DNA of 64,000 nt from assembly GCA_002731825.1 (NCBI GenBank), contig PCCS01000050.1, positions 46,833 through 110,832 of the forward strand, read 5' to 3'. The notes beneath the pieces were generated by a model. The model was given only the letters and a program-made list of their open reading frames with translations. It searched no databases and was not told the DNA's origin. Positions 18,091 to 28,361 of the stretch are shown one piece after another (position 1 is the first letter of the stretch; each line of letters begins with the position of its first letter). The stretch is from Myxococcales bacterium (GTDB lineage Bacteria; Myxococcota_A; Bradymonadia; UBA7976; UBA1532). The position numbers and the translations under genes were made by a program.

Positions 18091-18313
18091 CAGACGTAGG
18101 AAGAACAGAAAAATTGAGTATTCTCAAAGACTTCTGATTTTTTTTGTAAAAGCCCTTGTATGGCCGGGTCCAAGCGGTTAAACACGACAAATGTCAGACT
18201 TTTGGCGCCACCGTTTTTCGTTGGTTCCGGAAGCCCTGAACTACCATTCATTGTCGGTTTGTAACTAAAGAGACGTCCCGGGGCGAACGGGATAGGTGTA
18301 TATAGGTGTGTCC

Positions 18314-21300
18314 ATGAGACTCAAAAGGCGATTTACGAAGGAATTATCTTCTCCTTACGAGAACTTAGAGTTCGAAGTACGAAAGAGCGAAATTAGAAAT
18401 CCTGATGGCTCTGTCGTATTTTTAAACGAACGGGTCGAAGTCCCTTCGAGTTGGAGCCAAGTTGCGACTGACATCATCGCCCAGAAGTACTTCCGAAAGG
18501 CCGGCGTTCCGGTGTATACGCGCACGGTCGTCGAAGAGGGTGTTCCTGCTTGGTTGTGGCGGCATGAGCCAGACCAGGGCAAACTCAATGACGTACCGGC
18601 GGAAGAGCGCTTCGGCGGCGAACATGACTCACGTCAGGTCTTTGACCGACTGGCTGGCTGCTGGACCTATTGGGGATGGCAACATGGCTATTTCTCAGAT
18701 GAGGAAAGCGCCCAGGTCTATTACGACGAGATGCGCTTCATGTTGGCCACACAAATGGCGGCTCCCAACAGCCCTCAATGGTTCAATACAGGCTTACATT
18801 GGGCCTATGGTATTGCGGGCCCCGCTCAGGGACACGCGTACTGTGATCACGAAACCGGCGAGACGCGTTTGAGCGAAAACGCGTACGAGCGTCCCCAGCC
18901 GCACGCCTGCTTTATCCAGTCTGTTGGCGATGACCTGGTCAATGAAGGCGGTATCATGGACCTTTGGGTTCGTGAAGCTCGCTTATTTAAGTTCGGGAGC
19001 GGTACGGGCACAAACTTCAGCTCTCTGCGTGGAGAAAACGAGCCTTTGACCGGTGGTGGAAAATCCAGCGGCTTGATGAGTTTTCTTCGGATTGGTGACC
19101 GTGCTGCTGGCGCAATCAAGAGTGGTGGAACGACTCGACGGGCCGCCAAAATGGTCACACTGGACGTTGATCATCCTGATATCGAACAGTATATCGATTG
19201 GAAACAGCGTGAAGAGCACAAGGTCGCAGCCCTCGTCGCAGGCTCTAAAGCAACGCGCCATCATTTGACGCGACTCTTGGAAGCGACCCGCGTAGAGGTC
19301 GATGGGGATAACCTGAACCCCAAGGAAAACTTGGCGCTTCGAAAAGCCATTGGTGAAGCCAAAAAGGCCAACATCGTCCCAGCCTACATCCAACGAATTC
19401 TACAGTTGGCCAAACAGGGTATTACAGAGATTGAGTTCGATGAATATGATGTTGATTGGCAGTCGGAGGCCTACAGCACTGTTGGTGGTCAAAACAGCAA
19501 TAACTCGGTTCGCTTGAGCGATGATTTCATGAATGCGGTCTGTGAGGATGACGATTGGAATCTGATTCGACGAACCGACGGTGAAATTGCCAAAACCGTT
19601 TCGGCAACTGGCCTATGGGACCAGATTGCAAATGCGGCTTGGTCATGTGCCGATCCAGGTCTTCAGTTCGACACGACAATTAACGATTGGCATACGTGTC
19701 CAAGCGCTGGGCGAATCAACGCCAGTAATCCATGCTCTGAATACATGTTCTTGGACAATACGGCGTGTAATCTCGCATCCAGCAATCTCATGAAGTTCAT
19801 GACCGATAACTACACGAAGTTTGATGTTGATGCCTTCCAGCATGCGTGTCGATTGTGGACCATCACTCTGGAAATTTCTGTTGCCATGGCTCAGTTCCCG
19901 AGTGAAGAGATTGCGAAATTAAGCTGGACGTACCGAACGCTTGGGCTCGGTTATGCAAATCTCGGGACCATTCTCATGGTTATGGGGATTCCTTACGATT
20001 CAGTTAAAGCCACGAATATTGCAGGCGCAATCACGGCGATTATGACAGCCACCAGTTACGAAACGAGTGCTGAGTTGGCCGCGCACTTAGGGCCATTTTC
20101 GGGCTATGAAGAGAACAAGGCCGACATGCTCCGCGTCATTCGGAACCATCGCCGAGCAGCCTACGATGTCCCCTCAACGGACTATGAGGGCCTCAATACA
20201 ATTCCCGTGGGCATTGACCCAGAGCATTGTCCAGAATATTTGCTCAATGCCGCACGCAAGACCTGGGACCTCGCCTTAGAAAAGGGCGAGCGTTGTGGAT
20301 TCAGAAATGCGCAGGTCTCAGTCATTGCACCCACGGGTACCATCGGTTTGGTCATGGATTGTGATACGACAGGTGTCGAACCCGATTTCGCATTGGTCAA
20401 ATTCAAAAAGCTTGCGGGTGGTGGATACTTCAAGATTATCAACCAGTCTGTGCCTTTGGCCCTTGACCGACTCGGATACTCGGACGAGCAGATTACGGCC
20501 ATTGTTAACCATTGCAAAGGGGCCGGTACACTGGACGGGTGCCCACATCTCAATCCTGAAAAGCTTAAAGAGCACGGTTTTGATGCCGAGATGCTCCAGC
20601 GAATCGAGGGATTGGCTGGCAGTGCATTCGACTTGAATATGATCTTTAATCGGTTCACCTTTGGCGACCAGTACATTATCGACCGTCTTGGTATCCCAGA
20701 GCCAACAATCAATCGACCTGATTTTGACTTGCTGTCATCCCTTGGTCTCACAAAGAAGCAAATCGCTGAAGCCAATGATTATGTTTGCGGCACCATGACG
20801 GTTGAAGGTGCGCCAGCCTTGAAAGACAAGGATTTGGCCGTCTTTGATTGCGCTAATAAGTGTGGAAAGAACGGTAAGCGATTTATTCGTGCCGAGGCTC
20901 ATATTGAAATGATGGCGTCGACCCAACCGTTTATCAGTGGTGCGATCAGTAAGACGATTAATATGCCTAACGAGGCGAGTATTGAGGATGTCCAATCCGC
21001 ATACATGTTGAGCTGGACGCGTGGACTCAAGGCCAATGCCATTTATCGTGATGGCAGTAAATTAAGTCAGCCATTGTCAGCGACAGTCTTTGATTTCGAT
21101 GATGAGGACGATGCATTAGAGAACGGCACTCAGTTGGAACTGCCCGTCGCAGTCGACCAGCCCGCCGCCGCGGCTGCTCAAATTGCAGAAAAGGTTATCG
21201 TTCGCTATCTCGCCAGACGCCGGAAGCTTCCGGGTCGGCGAAGTGGATACACACAGAAAGCATCTGTCGGTGGCCACAAAGTGTACTTGCGTACGGGTGA

Positions 21301-22009
21301 ATATGATGATGGTACCCTTGGTGAAGTCTTTATTGACATGCACAAAGAGGGCGCAGCTTTCCGAAGCTTGATGAACTCTTTCGCAATTGCCGTTTCCCTT
21401 GGTTTGCAGTATGGCGTGCCTTTGGAAGAATTTGTTGATGCCTTTATTTTCACGCGATTCGAACCCAATGGCATGGTCATGGGTAATGATCGAATCAAGA
21501 TGTCGACATCGGTCATCGACTACATCTTTAGAGATTTGGCTGTCAATTACTTGGGCCGCAATGAATTGGCTCAGGTCAGCGAAGAAGACTTGAGAGCTGA
21601 TGCGGTCAATCAACCAGATCCAGAGCCTGAGTACACTGAAGAGGTGGTTGTACAAGAGCGTCGAGTTGCCAATAGTTCACATGTCTACGATTTCTCTAAC
21701 AGCCCCAATGGGACTGATGAGTCGATGGGCAATGAACCGCAAGCATCTGCCGCCTTAATCGAGGCGCCATCTGGGTATGCGCCCATCCCTCCACGAACGG
21801 ACAACATCACCTTGGTTGAATCCCTTGGGGCTGGTTCTGTCAACATTATGACAAGCGTCAATGGCAATACCACCGCAAGAGCTGTGCAAGTCGCAAAGCA
21901 GCAAGGTTTCGAAGGTGACCCATGTATGTCATGTGGAGCGATGATGTTGGTTCGCAACGGTACATGCTTGAAGTGTATGAACTGTGGAAGCACATCTGGC
22001 TGTAGCTGA
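18314..22009 (+). CDS. nrdJ: Adenosylcobalamin-dependent (class II) ribonucleoside-diphosphate reductase, long form
   Basis: N-terminus [53 protein letters not shown]. Active-site region [19 protein letters not shown]-terminal Cys cluster [28 protein letters not shown]. Start moved to ATG 18314 (track GTG 18296). Confidence 0.9.
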   Translation: MRLKRRFTKELSSPYENLEFEVRKSEIRNPDGSVVFLNERVEVPSSWSQVATDIIAQKYFRKAGVPVYTRTVVEEGVPAWLWRHEPDQGKLNDVPAEERFGGEHDSRQVFDRLAGCWTYWGWQHGYFSDEESAQVYYDEMRFMLATQMAAPNSPQWFNTGLHWAYGIAGPAQGHAYCDHETGETRLSENAYERPQPHACFIQSVGDDLVNEGGIMDLWVREARLFKFGSGTGTNFSSLRGENEPLTGGGKSSGLMSFLRIGDRAAGAIKSGGTTRRAAKMVTLDVDHPDIEQYIDWKQREEHKVAALVAGSKATRHHLTRLLEATRVEVDGDNLNPKENLALRKAIGEAKKANIVPAYIQRILQLAKQGITEIEFDEYDVDWQSEAYSTVGGQNSNNSVRLSDDFMNAVCEDDDWNLIRRTDGEIAKTVSATGLWDQIANAAWSCADPGLQFDTTINDWHTCPSAGRINASNPCSEYMFLDNTACNLASSNLMKFMTDNYTKFDVDAFQHACRLWTITLEISVAMAQFPSEEIAKLSWTYRTLGLGYANLGTILMVMGIPYDSVKATNIAGAITAIMTATSYETSAELAAHLGPFSGYEENKADMLRVIRNHRRAAYDVPSTDYEGLNTIPVGIDPEHCPEYLLNAARKTWDLALEKGERCGFRNAQVSVIAPTGTIGLVMDCDTTGVEPDFALVKFKKLAGGGYFKIINQSVPLALDRLGYSDEQITAIVNHCKGAGTLDGCPHLNPEKLKEHGFDAEMLQRIEGLAGSAFDLNMIFNRFTFGDQYIIDRLGIPEPTINRPDFDLLSSLGLTKKQIAEANDYVCGTMTVEGAPALKDKDLAVFDCANKCGKNGKRFIRAEAHIEMMASTQPFISGAISKTINMPNEASIEDVQSAYMLSWTRGLKANAIYRDGSKLSQPLSATVFDFDDEDDALENGTQLELPVAVDQPAAAAAQIAEKVIVRYLARRRKLPGRRSGYTQKASVGGHKVYLRTGEYDDGTLGEVFIDMHKEGAAFRSLMNSFAIAVSLGLQYGVPLEEFVDAFIFTRFEPNGMVMGNDRIKMSTSVIDYIFRDLAVNYLGRNELAQVSEEDLRADAVNQPDPEPEYTEEVVVQERRVANSSHVYDFSNSPNGTDESMGNEPQASAALIEAPSGYAPIPPRTDNITLVESLGAGSVNIMTSVNGNTTARAVQVAKQQGFEGDPCMSCGAMMLVRNGTCLKCMNCGSTSGCS

Positions 22010-22037
22010 TCGCCCGGCGCTGATCGCTTATGTTAGT

Positions 22038-22062
22038 CTCGCCCGATTTAAAAACGGGCGGG
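22038..22062. terminator. Candidate bidirectional terminator between nrdJ and the nitroreductase gene
   Basis: CTCGCCCG-ATTTAAAAA-CGGGCGGG: an 8-bp stem (one G-U) in the 68-bp convergent spacer. U-tracts are weak. Confidence 0.4.
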
Positions 22063-22077
22063 ACCCATTTCCATATA

Positions 22078-22620
22078 CTAATCTAAGAAATGGATGTGTT
22101 CGCCAATAGACGGGCGCTCTATGGTCGGAATGTTCTTAGGCTCACCAAACCAAATAAAACCCACGACCTTTTCTTCTTCTGAGTCAATCTTGAGCAGCTG
22201 ACAGATATCAGCGTGTTGGGTCAGGCTCCCTGTCGACCACTTGGAACCAAGTCCCTCGCCTTTAGCAGCCAAAAGCATATTCTGAATTGCGCAGCAGGTT
22301 GCCGCATAGTCTTCTTGCTCTTGAAACGCACTCTCAGACCGTGCCTGGGTCACGACGACTAGAGCGGCCGGGTTAATCAGCTTAGCCCGGACTCGTTTCT
22401 TCATGTTTTCTTCGGTGACATTCTTCAGTTTGTACGCAATCGGAAGGAGCGCCTGGCGCGTTTGTGGCCCTACTACGGTAAACCGCCATGGCCAGGTAAA
22501 CTTATGATTTGGGGCCATGTGTCCCGCGGCCAAAATTCGATTGAGGACCTTTGGGTTGATGGTGGACGGATTGTAATTATGGACAGTTCGCCTTTGATTA
22601 ATCGCATCATAGATATTCAT
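22078..22620 (-). CDS. Nitroreductase family protein
   Basis: 180 aa. N-terminus MNIYDAINQRRTVHNYNPS and overall size and pattern are typical of FMN nitroreductase-fold proteins. Confidence 0.7.
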   Translation of the reverse strand: MNIYDAINQRRTVHNYNPSTINPKVLNRILAAGHMAPNHKFTWPWRFTVVGPQTRQALLPIAYKLKNVTEENMKKRVRAKLINPAALVVVTQARSESAFQEQEDYAATCCAIQNMLLAAKGEGLGSKWSTGSLTQHADICQLLKIDSEEEKVVGFIWFGEPKNIPTIERPSIGEHIHFLD

Positions 22621-22845
22621 CGAGACCTCCTTAAATGCTCAGACGGGTAGAATGGCCTTTTCAATCTTTATCTTCAAGGTGGGCATTATCTGCGGCCTTG
22701 TTTGTCATCGTCCACAGCTCTCAATCGGATCCTTGTCCCTACTCACGACCTGTTCTACTTCACCTAGGGCAAAGAGATACTCGAACTCGGCTTTAGAATT
22801 CTATAGGGAAGATTACCTGTTCAATGGCGTTGGCTTGACCCAAAT

Positions 22846-22886
22846 TAAAAAGGGGGGTGTTGGCCAAGTCTAAAGCCACCCCCCTT
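22846..22886 (-). terminator. Rho-independent terminator downstream of hsp20
   Basis: Minus strand: AAGGGGGGTG-17 nt loop-CACCCCCCTT followed by TTTAATTT. Lies 74 nt after the hsp20 stop. Confidence 0.65.
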
Positions 22887-22959
22887 AGACTGCGTCATCA
22901 CACTCCAAAAAGAACAGTCCAGTGCTCTTTATATGAAATACGCCTGTATGATTTGTTCG

Positions 22960-23388
22960 TCAGGTTATTTGAATTTTTCTCACCTTGGCTTCCACCCTTT
23001 TTGGCAGAGTGACCGACAGTAATCCGTGTTCTAGCGATGCGTTGATTTGATCCAAGTCGACCGTTTCAGGCACTCGCAGGACACGTGTGAAACTGGTCCT
23101 TCTGCGACCAATTACCTTTGAGTTTTGTGACGTCTCTGGTTGTGTCGATTCATTGGCCGATATCTTTAAGCTCTGGCCCTCTAAGGTGATATCTACAAGG
23201 CTCGAGTCAAACCCTGGCAGGTCCGCTTGGACAAGGTAGTGGTCATCGTTTTCGTAGAAATCAATGCCATCGCGTCTGACAGTCTGCGAATAATTTCGCC
23301 CCAAGTCGGCGACGAGCTCTTCCAGTTGGTTTTGCATAGCACGGCTGATGTTCATTGGTGGTCTGATCGCTGCAAATCGAGTAAACAT
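22960..23388 (-). CDS. Hsp20/alpha-crystallin family small heat-shock protein
   Basis: 142 aa. DFYENDDHYLVQADLPGFDSSLVDITLEGQSLKISA...FTRVLRVPETVDLDQINASLEHGLLSVTLPKR is a canonical alpha-crystallin domain. Confidence 0.9.
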   Translation of the reverse strand: MFTRFAAIRPPMNISRAMQNQLEELVADLGRNYSQTVRRDGIDFYENDDHYLVQADLPGFDSSLVDITLEGQSLKISANESTQPETSQNSKVIGRRRTSFTRVLRVPETVDLDQINASLEHGLLSVTLPKRVEAKVRKIQIT

Positions 23389-23722
23389 ACACGTCTCCTA
23401 TACGCTCATCTATGTGTGATAAACGTAAGTTATCATTGAACTTTATTTTTATTTTGTCGGCGCGTCCGCTGACACATCAACGGATGTGCACGCAATCCAT
23501 GACTGTCAAGTCATCCATTAGAAATTTCTTCAATTATTCGACTTAAAGGGTGAAAAAACCTCTGTATAATACGCCATTACTATAAAAAAACAGCCGCCTT
23601 TAAATAATCGTAAGAATCAAGCCTTATCCTTTTAAATGGGGAATGGGTGTCTCCGTCTGACGGATGTCATCCTTATCATAAAAGGTAAAGAGTGACTTAA
23701 GCTCGATTGAGATGGGGTTTGT

Positions 23723-24205
23723 TTGCGTATAGTCCAAACAGCATTGCTATTTGCTCTGACGACAGCCTTTGGCTGTTCGTCGGACCTCGACGAGGGCGAC
23801 ATACCCGATTACCGAGATCCTAAGTCTGAATTTGGCCCACCGACAGCAACGCCTCGAAACACACCGAAAGCGGACGATGCCGCCGCTCCACCCAAGATTG
23901 TAAGAGTTCGCTGGCAGTCAGCAGACGATTGCCGGACTGACACCATATCGCCGGTGCAGTTTGCCATTGAGCTAGACGATGCCAATGAACAATCCACCGA
24001 GTTAATTTTTGATGGTGCAGTGAGTGGGTGTGATTCAGCTGCTAACCGGTTTGGTTCGATGATTAATGGACCGCGCGTTCAACTCAGCTGCCATCATGTG
24101 TCCACCCATCGGGTGTTTTTGACCGTCGTTGACCACCAGGGTCGTGGCGACAGTCTGGCTTTTCAATTTGGCCCATGTAGCCGCGGCGTCATCGATACCC
24201 CCTAG
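23723..24205 (+). CDS. Hypothetical lipoprotein
   Basis: TTG start. Lipobox LTTAFGC, a Pro/Ala-rich linker, then a beta-rich domain of about 100 aa. Confidence 0.55.
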   Translation: MRIVQTALLFALTTAFGCSSDLDEGDIPDYRDPKSEFGPPTATPRNTPKADDAAAPPKIVRVRWQSADDCRTDTISPVQFAIELDDANEQSTELIFDGAVSGCDSAANRFGSMINGPRVQLSCHHVSTHRVFLTVVDHQGRGDSLAFQFGPCSRGVIDTP

Positions 24206-24222
24206 GGTAACTCAGGCCGTCT

Positions 24223-24693
24223 CTACATCCACGGGCACCGTGCCTTATCCTTGATTGTGATTCGCGTCGGCAGTAGGGGTAGAACACACGATCCAACTTG
24301 ATTAATACGCCCGGACTTATTGCCGCTTAATCGCATTCTTCGGGTTGTAATGGAGACATCGACTTCCGCGTTTGACCCAAGACCATCGAGGCAATTTCGA
24401 ATCTCTACTAGGGCGGCCGGCGCTTTGTCATCCAGGTCCATTTTACCGACATGAATCGATTCGATGGTGCCTGGGCATTCACTGTATTTTAAGGCAAAGT
24501 ATGTCTCACCAGGGTCGTCTTTAATCGGCGAGTCAACAACGGTCGCCTTCTTACTTAAGCGATTGAATTCGTATAGTAACGAGCTGCCGGAGAACCAGCT
24601 GAAAAAATAGGTCGTCACCACGATTAACAGTGTGACGCAAAAGAGGAATTTGAAGACTGGGAATGGTCTCTCACCTGATTGACTGTCGGTCAT
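24223..24693 (-). CDS. Hypothetical single-pass membrane protein
   Basis: 156 aa. TM helix FLFCVTLLIVVTTYFFSWF followed by a soluble domain. No family recognised. Confidence 0.5.
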   Translation of the reverse strand: MTDSQSGERPFPVFKFLFCVTLLIVVTTYFFSWFSGSSLLYEFNRLSKKATVVDSPIKDDPGETYFALKYSECPGTIESIHVGKMDLDDKAPAALVEIRNCLDGLGSNAEVDVSITTRRMRLSGNKSGRINQVGSCVLPLLPTRITIKDKARCPWM

Positions 24694-24955
24694 CGAAACA
24701 CCTGCTATTCATTCATTTTGGGCTAATGGGTTTAAGTCAGACAATTGTTCAAGCGTCCGTGGACTGTGACTGAAATTCCCCAAGAAGTCACCTCCCAATC
24801 AATGCAACTGATCTCTCATCTGGTCAATGCTTTCTATTGGCAGACCCTAATCCTCGCGTTCTGGACGAGGCTTCCATTTGAATGACGAGAGCGTTAATTT
24901 TTTTCATTCGTGTCTTAGGCGTGTCATTCTGTCTATCCACGAGTTAGAGGCCACC

Positions 24956-26776
24956 ATGCGTCCAATAGAGGGTCAGTCGTATAGCGAAGAGACACGGTAT
25001 GCGCTCAGCACGAGTGCGTTGTTTCACGGGCTTTCAGACGAGCAATTGGCTGATGTAGCCAAGCATGGTTCGCTCTTCCGATATACGGTTGGACAACACC
25101 TTGCTAGGCAGGGCGAGGCATCTGATGCCTTTGATATTTTTGTTAAAGGCGCAGCTGTTGTTCAACTCGATGACCCGAAAAACGGGAGCACCGTGGAATT
25201 GGCTCGTCTTTCACCACCGGATTCAGTCGGCGAAATGGGGGTTTTGCTTGAGACACCCCGATCGGCCAGCGTTTTGGCTATCGATGATGACGTGATTGTC
25301 ATCCGCTTCACGAAAACCCAGTTTTCCAGAATGATGCAGACACTTCCGTTCTTTGGCTTGGTGCTTTCCCGAACCTTAGCCGCGCGGCTTCACGCTGTAA
25401 ATCGCCAGGTCTCGCTGCCTGATTATGTCTTCAAGTCAGATGAACTCGCAGATGATGTATTTAGACTCTTGCCCGCGGACTTTATAAGTCGTCATCGGGT
25501 ATTGCCTGTGTCCTTAGACCACCATCATGTGACCATCGGTTTCGTCGACCAACCAACAGATACTTTGCTCCAAAGAATCCAACGCTTATTGACAGGTATG
25601 GTCGTGCGACCCGTTAGCCTGACAGCCGAACAATTTGATGAAACTGTAATTAGGCTTGGTATTCCATCGCAGACGTCTTTGATGGCCTCTCAGTCCATGA
25701 ACTCATTGTCTGTTTTTCCCCTTGATGTGATCTTACGACAAGTCATTGCTGAAGGGGCGTCCGACCTGCATATTTCCGCTAATCAGACCCCTCGTTGGCG
25801 AATCGATGGTGCGCTCATTCCGATCCCTGGTCATGCCCTACTCAGTTCCCAGTCAATCGCCGTAGCGATGGATGAAATTATGCCGGCGTCTCGGCAAAAA
25901 GAATTTGGTCAGACCAATGACACGGATTTCGCTTACCAGCTCGGTGACCAAGCCCGATTTCGCGTCAATGTGTTTAGAGATATTCACGGGGTGAGCGCAG
26001 TACTCAGGCATATTCCGAGTATCATCCGAACTCCTGCGCAGCTTGGGCTTCCCGAGATCATTTCGAGTTTTTGCAACATGCCCCATGGTTTAATTCTTGT
26101 CACGGGTCCGACAGGGAGCGGTAAATCCACAACATTGGCTGCCATGGTCGATTCCATAAATCGTGAGCGAGCAGAGCACATTATCACTCTAGAGGACCCG
26201 GTTGAGTTTGTTCATAAGTCAAATCAATCCATGGTCAATCAGCGGGAAGTCGGGTCCCATACTGACTCCTTTGCGCGTGCCCTTCGAGCCGCCCTTCGTG
26301 AAGACCCTGATGTTGTCCTCGTGGGTGAGCTGAGAGATCTAGAGACCATTGCGCTGGCCATTGAGACAGCCCAGACGGGCCATCTTGTTTTTGCGACCTT
26401 GCATACGTCGACAGCCATTGGAACCATTGAACGAATCGTCGGTATGTTTCCTCCCGAGCAACAAGGTCAAGTACGGCTAAGTTTGGCTGAGGTACTCAAA
26501 GGCGTGGTTGCCCAGACCTTGTTACCGAGACGCACCGGTGGACGTGTGGCTGCATTTGAAATTCTCGTGAGCAGCCATGCTGTCGCAAATCTCATTCGAG
26601 AAGCGAAGACCGCCCAATTAGTCAGCACCATGGAAGTCGGTCGAAAAGCCGGTAACTCGTTACTCAACGATGAATTGGTCAAACTGGTCAATTCGGGCTT
26701 GGTCGAGACCGACATCGCCCACCGATACGCCATCAATAAAGACGATTTTATCAAACGATTAAAACGAGGCAAATAA
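24956..26776 (+). CDS. Cyclic-nucleotide-binding domain / T2SS-E N-terminal-like domain / PilT-type twitching-motility ATPase fusion
   Basis: ATG 24956 is preceded by GAGG (track TTG 24878). cNMP cassette ..VGEMGVLLETPRSASVLA... GSPII_E-N-like segment LLPADFISRHRVLPVSLDHHHVTIGFVDQP. PilT core: Walker A GPTGSGKST, LEDPVEF, Walker B DPDVVLVGELRD, His box TGHLVFATLHT, and the PilT-specific AIRNLIRE-type motif AVANLIREAK. No tetracysteine motif of PilB/GspE. Confidence 0.85.
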   Translation: MRPIEGQSYSEETRYALSTSALFHGLSDEQLADVAKHGSLFRYTVGQHLARQGEASDAFDIFVKGAAVVQLDDPKNGSTVELARLSPPDSVGEMGVLLETPRSASVLAIDDDVIVIRFTKTQFSRMMQTLPFFGLVLSRTLAARLHAVNRQVSLPDYVFKSDELADDVFRLLPADFISRHRVLPVSLDHHHVTIGFVDQPTDTLLQRIQRLLTGMVVRPVSLTAEQFDETVIRLGIPSQTSLMASQSMNSLSVFPLDVILRQVIAEGASDLHISANQTPRWRIDGALIPIPGHALLSSQSIAVAMDEIMPASRQKEFGQTNDTDFAYQLGDQARFRVNVFRDIHGVSAVLRHIPSIIRTPAQLGLPEIISSFCNMPHGLILVTGPTGSGKSTTLAAMVDSINRERAEHIITLEDPVEFVHKSNQSMVNQREVGSHTDSFARALRAALREDPDVVLVGELRDLETIALAIETAQTGHLVFATLHTSTAIGTIERIVGMFPPEQQGQVRLSLAEVLKGVVAQTLLPRRTGGRVAAFEILVSSHAVANLIREAKTAQLVSTMEVGRKAGNSLLNDELVKLVNSGLVETDIAHRYAINKDDFIKRLKRGK

Positions 26777-26807
26777 GTCCACTATACAGCGCGTCTAACG
26801 AGTGTGA

Positions 26808-28361
26808 TTATTCGCTGCGGAGGAGTGTTTCAATCTCGGTGACTGCATCATCGATGGGGATTCGTCTCTGCTCCATCGTATCTCGGTCTCGGATTGTAAT
26901 GGTCCCATCCTCTAGGGTTTCTCCGTCGATAGTCAGGCACCATGGGGTTCCGATTTCGTCGTGGCGTCGGTATCGCTTTCCGATGGCATTCTGTGCGTCA
27001 TAGGACGCATTTATACCACGACGGAAAAGGGCATCGACCAGGGCGCGTGCCTTCTCTGGCATCCCGTTTTTCTTGACCAAGGGCATGACAGCGACTTTGA
27101 CTGGAGCCAATTGTGGGTGGAGTTTTAGAACAACTCGAGTATCGGTACCTTTAGGGCCCTCAACCTGTTCTTCGTGATATGCATCACAGAGGTAAGTAAG
27201 AACTCCGCGAGTTGCGCCAGCAGCAGGTTCGATGACGTACGGCGTGTATCGCTTGCGTTCAACAGGATCAAAATATTCGATCTTAGACCCACTGTGTTCC
27301 GCATGTTTCTTGAGGTCGTAATCGGTTCGGTTGGCAATCCCTTCCAACTCATCCCAACCCCAGGGAAAGCGATATTCAACGTCGTAGCAGCCCTTGGCAT
27401 AATGAGCTAATTCACTTGCTTCATGGGTTCTGACTCGAAAGTTTTCAGGGTTATTGGCAAACTTTTTCCACCAGCCCATTCGTGTTTCTTTCCAATATTC
27501 AAACCATTCATCCTCTGTGCCTGGTTCACAGAAGAACTCCATCTCCATTTGTTCAAATTCACAGGAGCGGAAGATGAAGTGCTCCACGGTGATTTCATTT
27601 CGAAATGATTTACCGGCTTGAGCAATTCCAAATGGAATTTTCAGCGACATTGATTGCTGAATATTGGCGTATTGAACGAACATGGCTTGAGCCGTTTCTG
27701 GTCGCAGATAGACGGTGCTGTCTTTGGTAAAGCCATCTAATTTTTGTCTCAAGTCGGCACCGCTCAACCCATTGAACTCACCCGACTCTATGGCAGAGGC
27801 AAGAGCCCCCATGGGGTCAACAGGTCCATAGAAACTTCTAAACATGAGGTTGAAATTGCGCTCATCGCTCATAAACGGCGAGCCACAATTGGGACAGACG
27901 TAGGGTCTGTCTCCTGCTTTCGCTCCGTTGAGTTGCCGACCCGAGCGTTTCAGTGTGACTCCAAATTGCTCCTCGATATAGGTCAGAGCTGCTTTTGCAC
28001 GACCTTTGTCTGCGAGTTCGATGGTGACCTCTTGGCCTGGTTCGACGGCGGGCGCTTTATCAGCGCGAAAACGTTCTTTACAGACTTTGCAGTCGACCAG
28101 TGGATCGCTAAACCCCGACAAGTGCCCTGAGGCCTGCCACACTTTAGGATGCATGATGATAGACGCATCCAGACCGACGACGTCCTCACGACTATGAACC
28201 GTATCGCGCCACCAGGCGTTCATCAGATTGCGTTTCATTTCGACGCCGAGCGGGCCGTAATCGTAGGCGCTTTTCAGGCCTCCGTAAATTTCAGAAGATT
28301 GAAAGACAAACCCGCGTCTTTTGCAAAGCGAGATGATTTTCTGCATTAGGTCGTCGGCCAC
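26808..28361 (-). CDS. glyQS: Glycine--tRNA ligase (dimeric class II type)
   Basis: ...LMQKIISLCKRRGFVFQSSEIYGGLKSAYDYGPLGVEMKRNL... and a class II core. Start moved to GTG 28361, 8 nt after GGAGG (track TTG 28376 lies inside the SD). Confidence 0.9.
   Translation of the reverse strand: MADDLMQKIISLCKRRGFVFQSSEIYGGLKSAYDYGPLGVEMKRNLMNAWWRDTVHSREDVVGLDASIIMHPKVWQASGHLSGFSDPLVDCKVCKERFRADKAPAVEPGQEVTIELADKGRAKAALTYIEEQFGVTLKRSGRQLNGAKAGDRPYVCPNCGSPFMSDERNFNLMFRSFYGPVDPMGALASAIESGEFNGLSGADLRQKLDGFTKDSTVYLRPETAQAMFVQYANIQQSMSLKIPFGIAQAGKSFRNEITVEHFIFRSCEFEQMEMEFFCEPGTEDEWFEYWKETRMGWWKKFANNPENFRVRTHEASELAHYAKGCYDVEYRFPWGWDELEGIANRTDYDLKKHAEHSGSKIEYFDPVERKRYTPYVIEPAAGATRGVLTYLCDAYHEEQVEGPKGTDTRVVLKLHPQLAPVKVAVMPLVKKNGMPEKARALVDALFRRGINASYDAQNAIGKRYRRHDEIGTPWCLTIDGETLEDGTITIRDRDTMEQRRIPIDDAVTEIETLLRSE

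Noticed and set aside
17949-18251. 100-aa minus-strand ORF in the nrdJ leader.
   Set aside because: It lies in AT-rich non-coding DNA, overlaps the NrdR-like boxes, has an odd Cys/Phe-rich composition, and has no RBS. Judged spurious.
18100-18313. Possible cobalamin riboswitch in front of the B12-dependent nrdJ.
   Set aside because: I could not find the B12-box or the conserved GCCACTG / GGGAAGGC-type cores. A covariance-model scan would be needed to be certain.
20182-21655. Long antisense ORFs inside nrdJ (20182..20775, 197 aa; 21116..21655, 179 aa).
   Set aside because: These are shadow ORFs opposite a strongly supported gene. Their composition is biased (Ser/Arg/Pro-rich) and they have no start-site signals.
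18314-22009. Possible intein or gene fusion explaining the 1232-aa length of NrdJ.
   Set aside because: The sequence reads as a continuous long-form class II RNR. It has an acidic linker and the usual C-terminal Cys-rich tail, with no intein splice-junction blocks.
22652-22873. 73-aa plus-strand ORF between the nitroreductase gene and hsp20.
   Set aside because: It runs into the hsp20 terminator hairpin, has no RBS, and its sequence is low-complexity and hydrophobic. It more likely marks the nitroreductase promoter region.
23389-23722. Looked for a sigma32 promoter or CIRCE/HrcA operator upstream of hsp20.
   Set aside because: Only short 6-bp palindromes were seen (TGATAA-N7-TTATCA, ATGACT-N4-AGTCAT). 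There is no TTAGCACTC-N9-GAGTGCTAA and no convincing CTTGAAA/CCCCAT pair.
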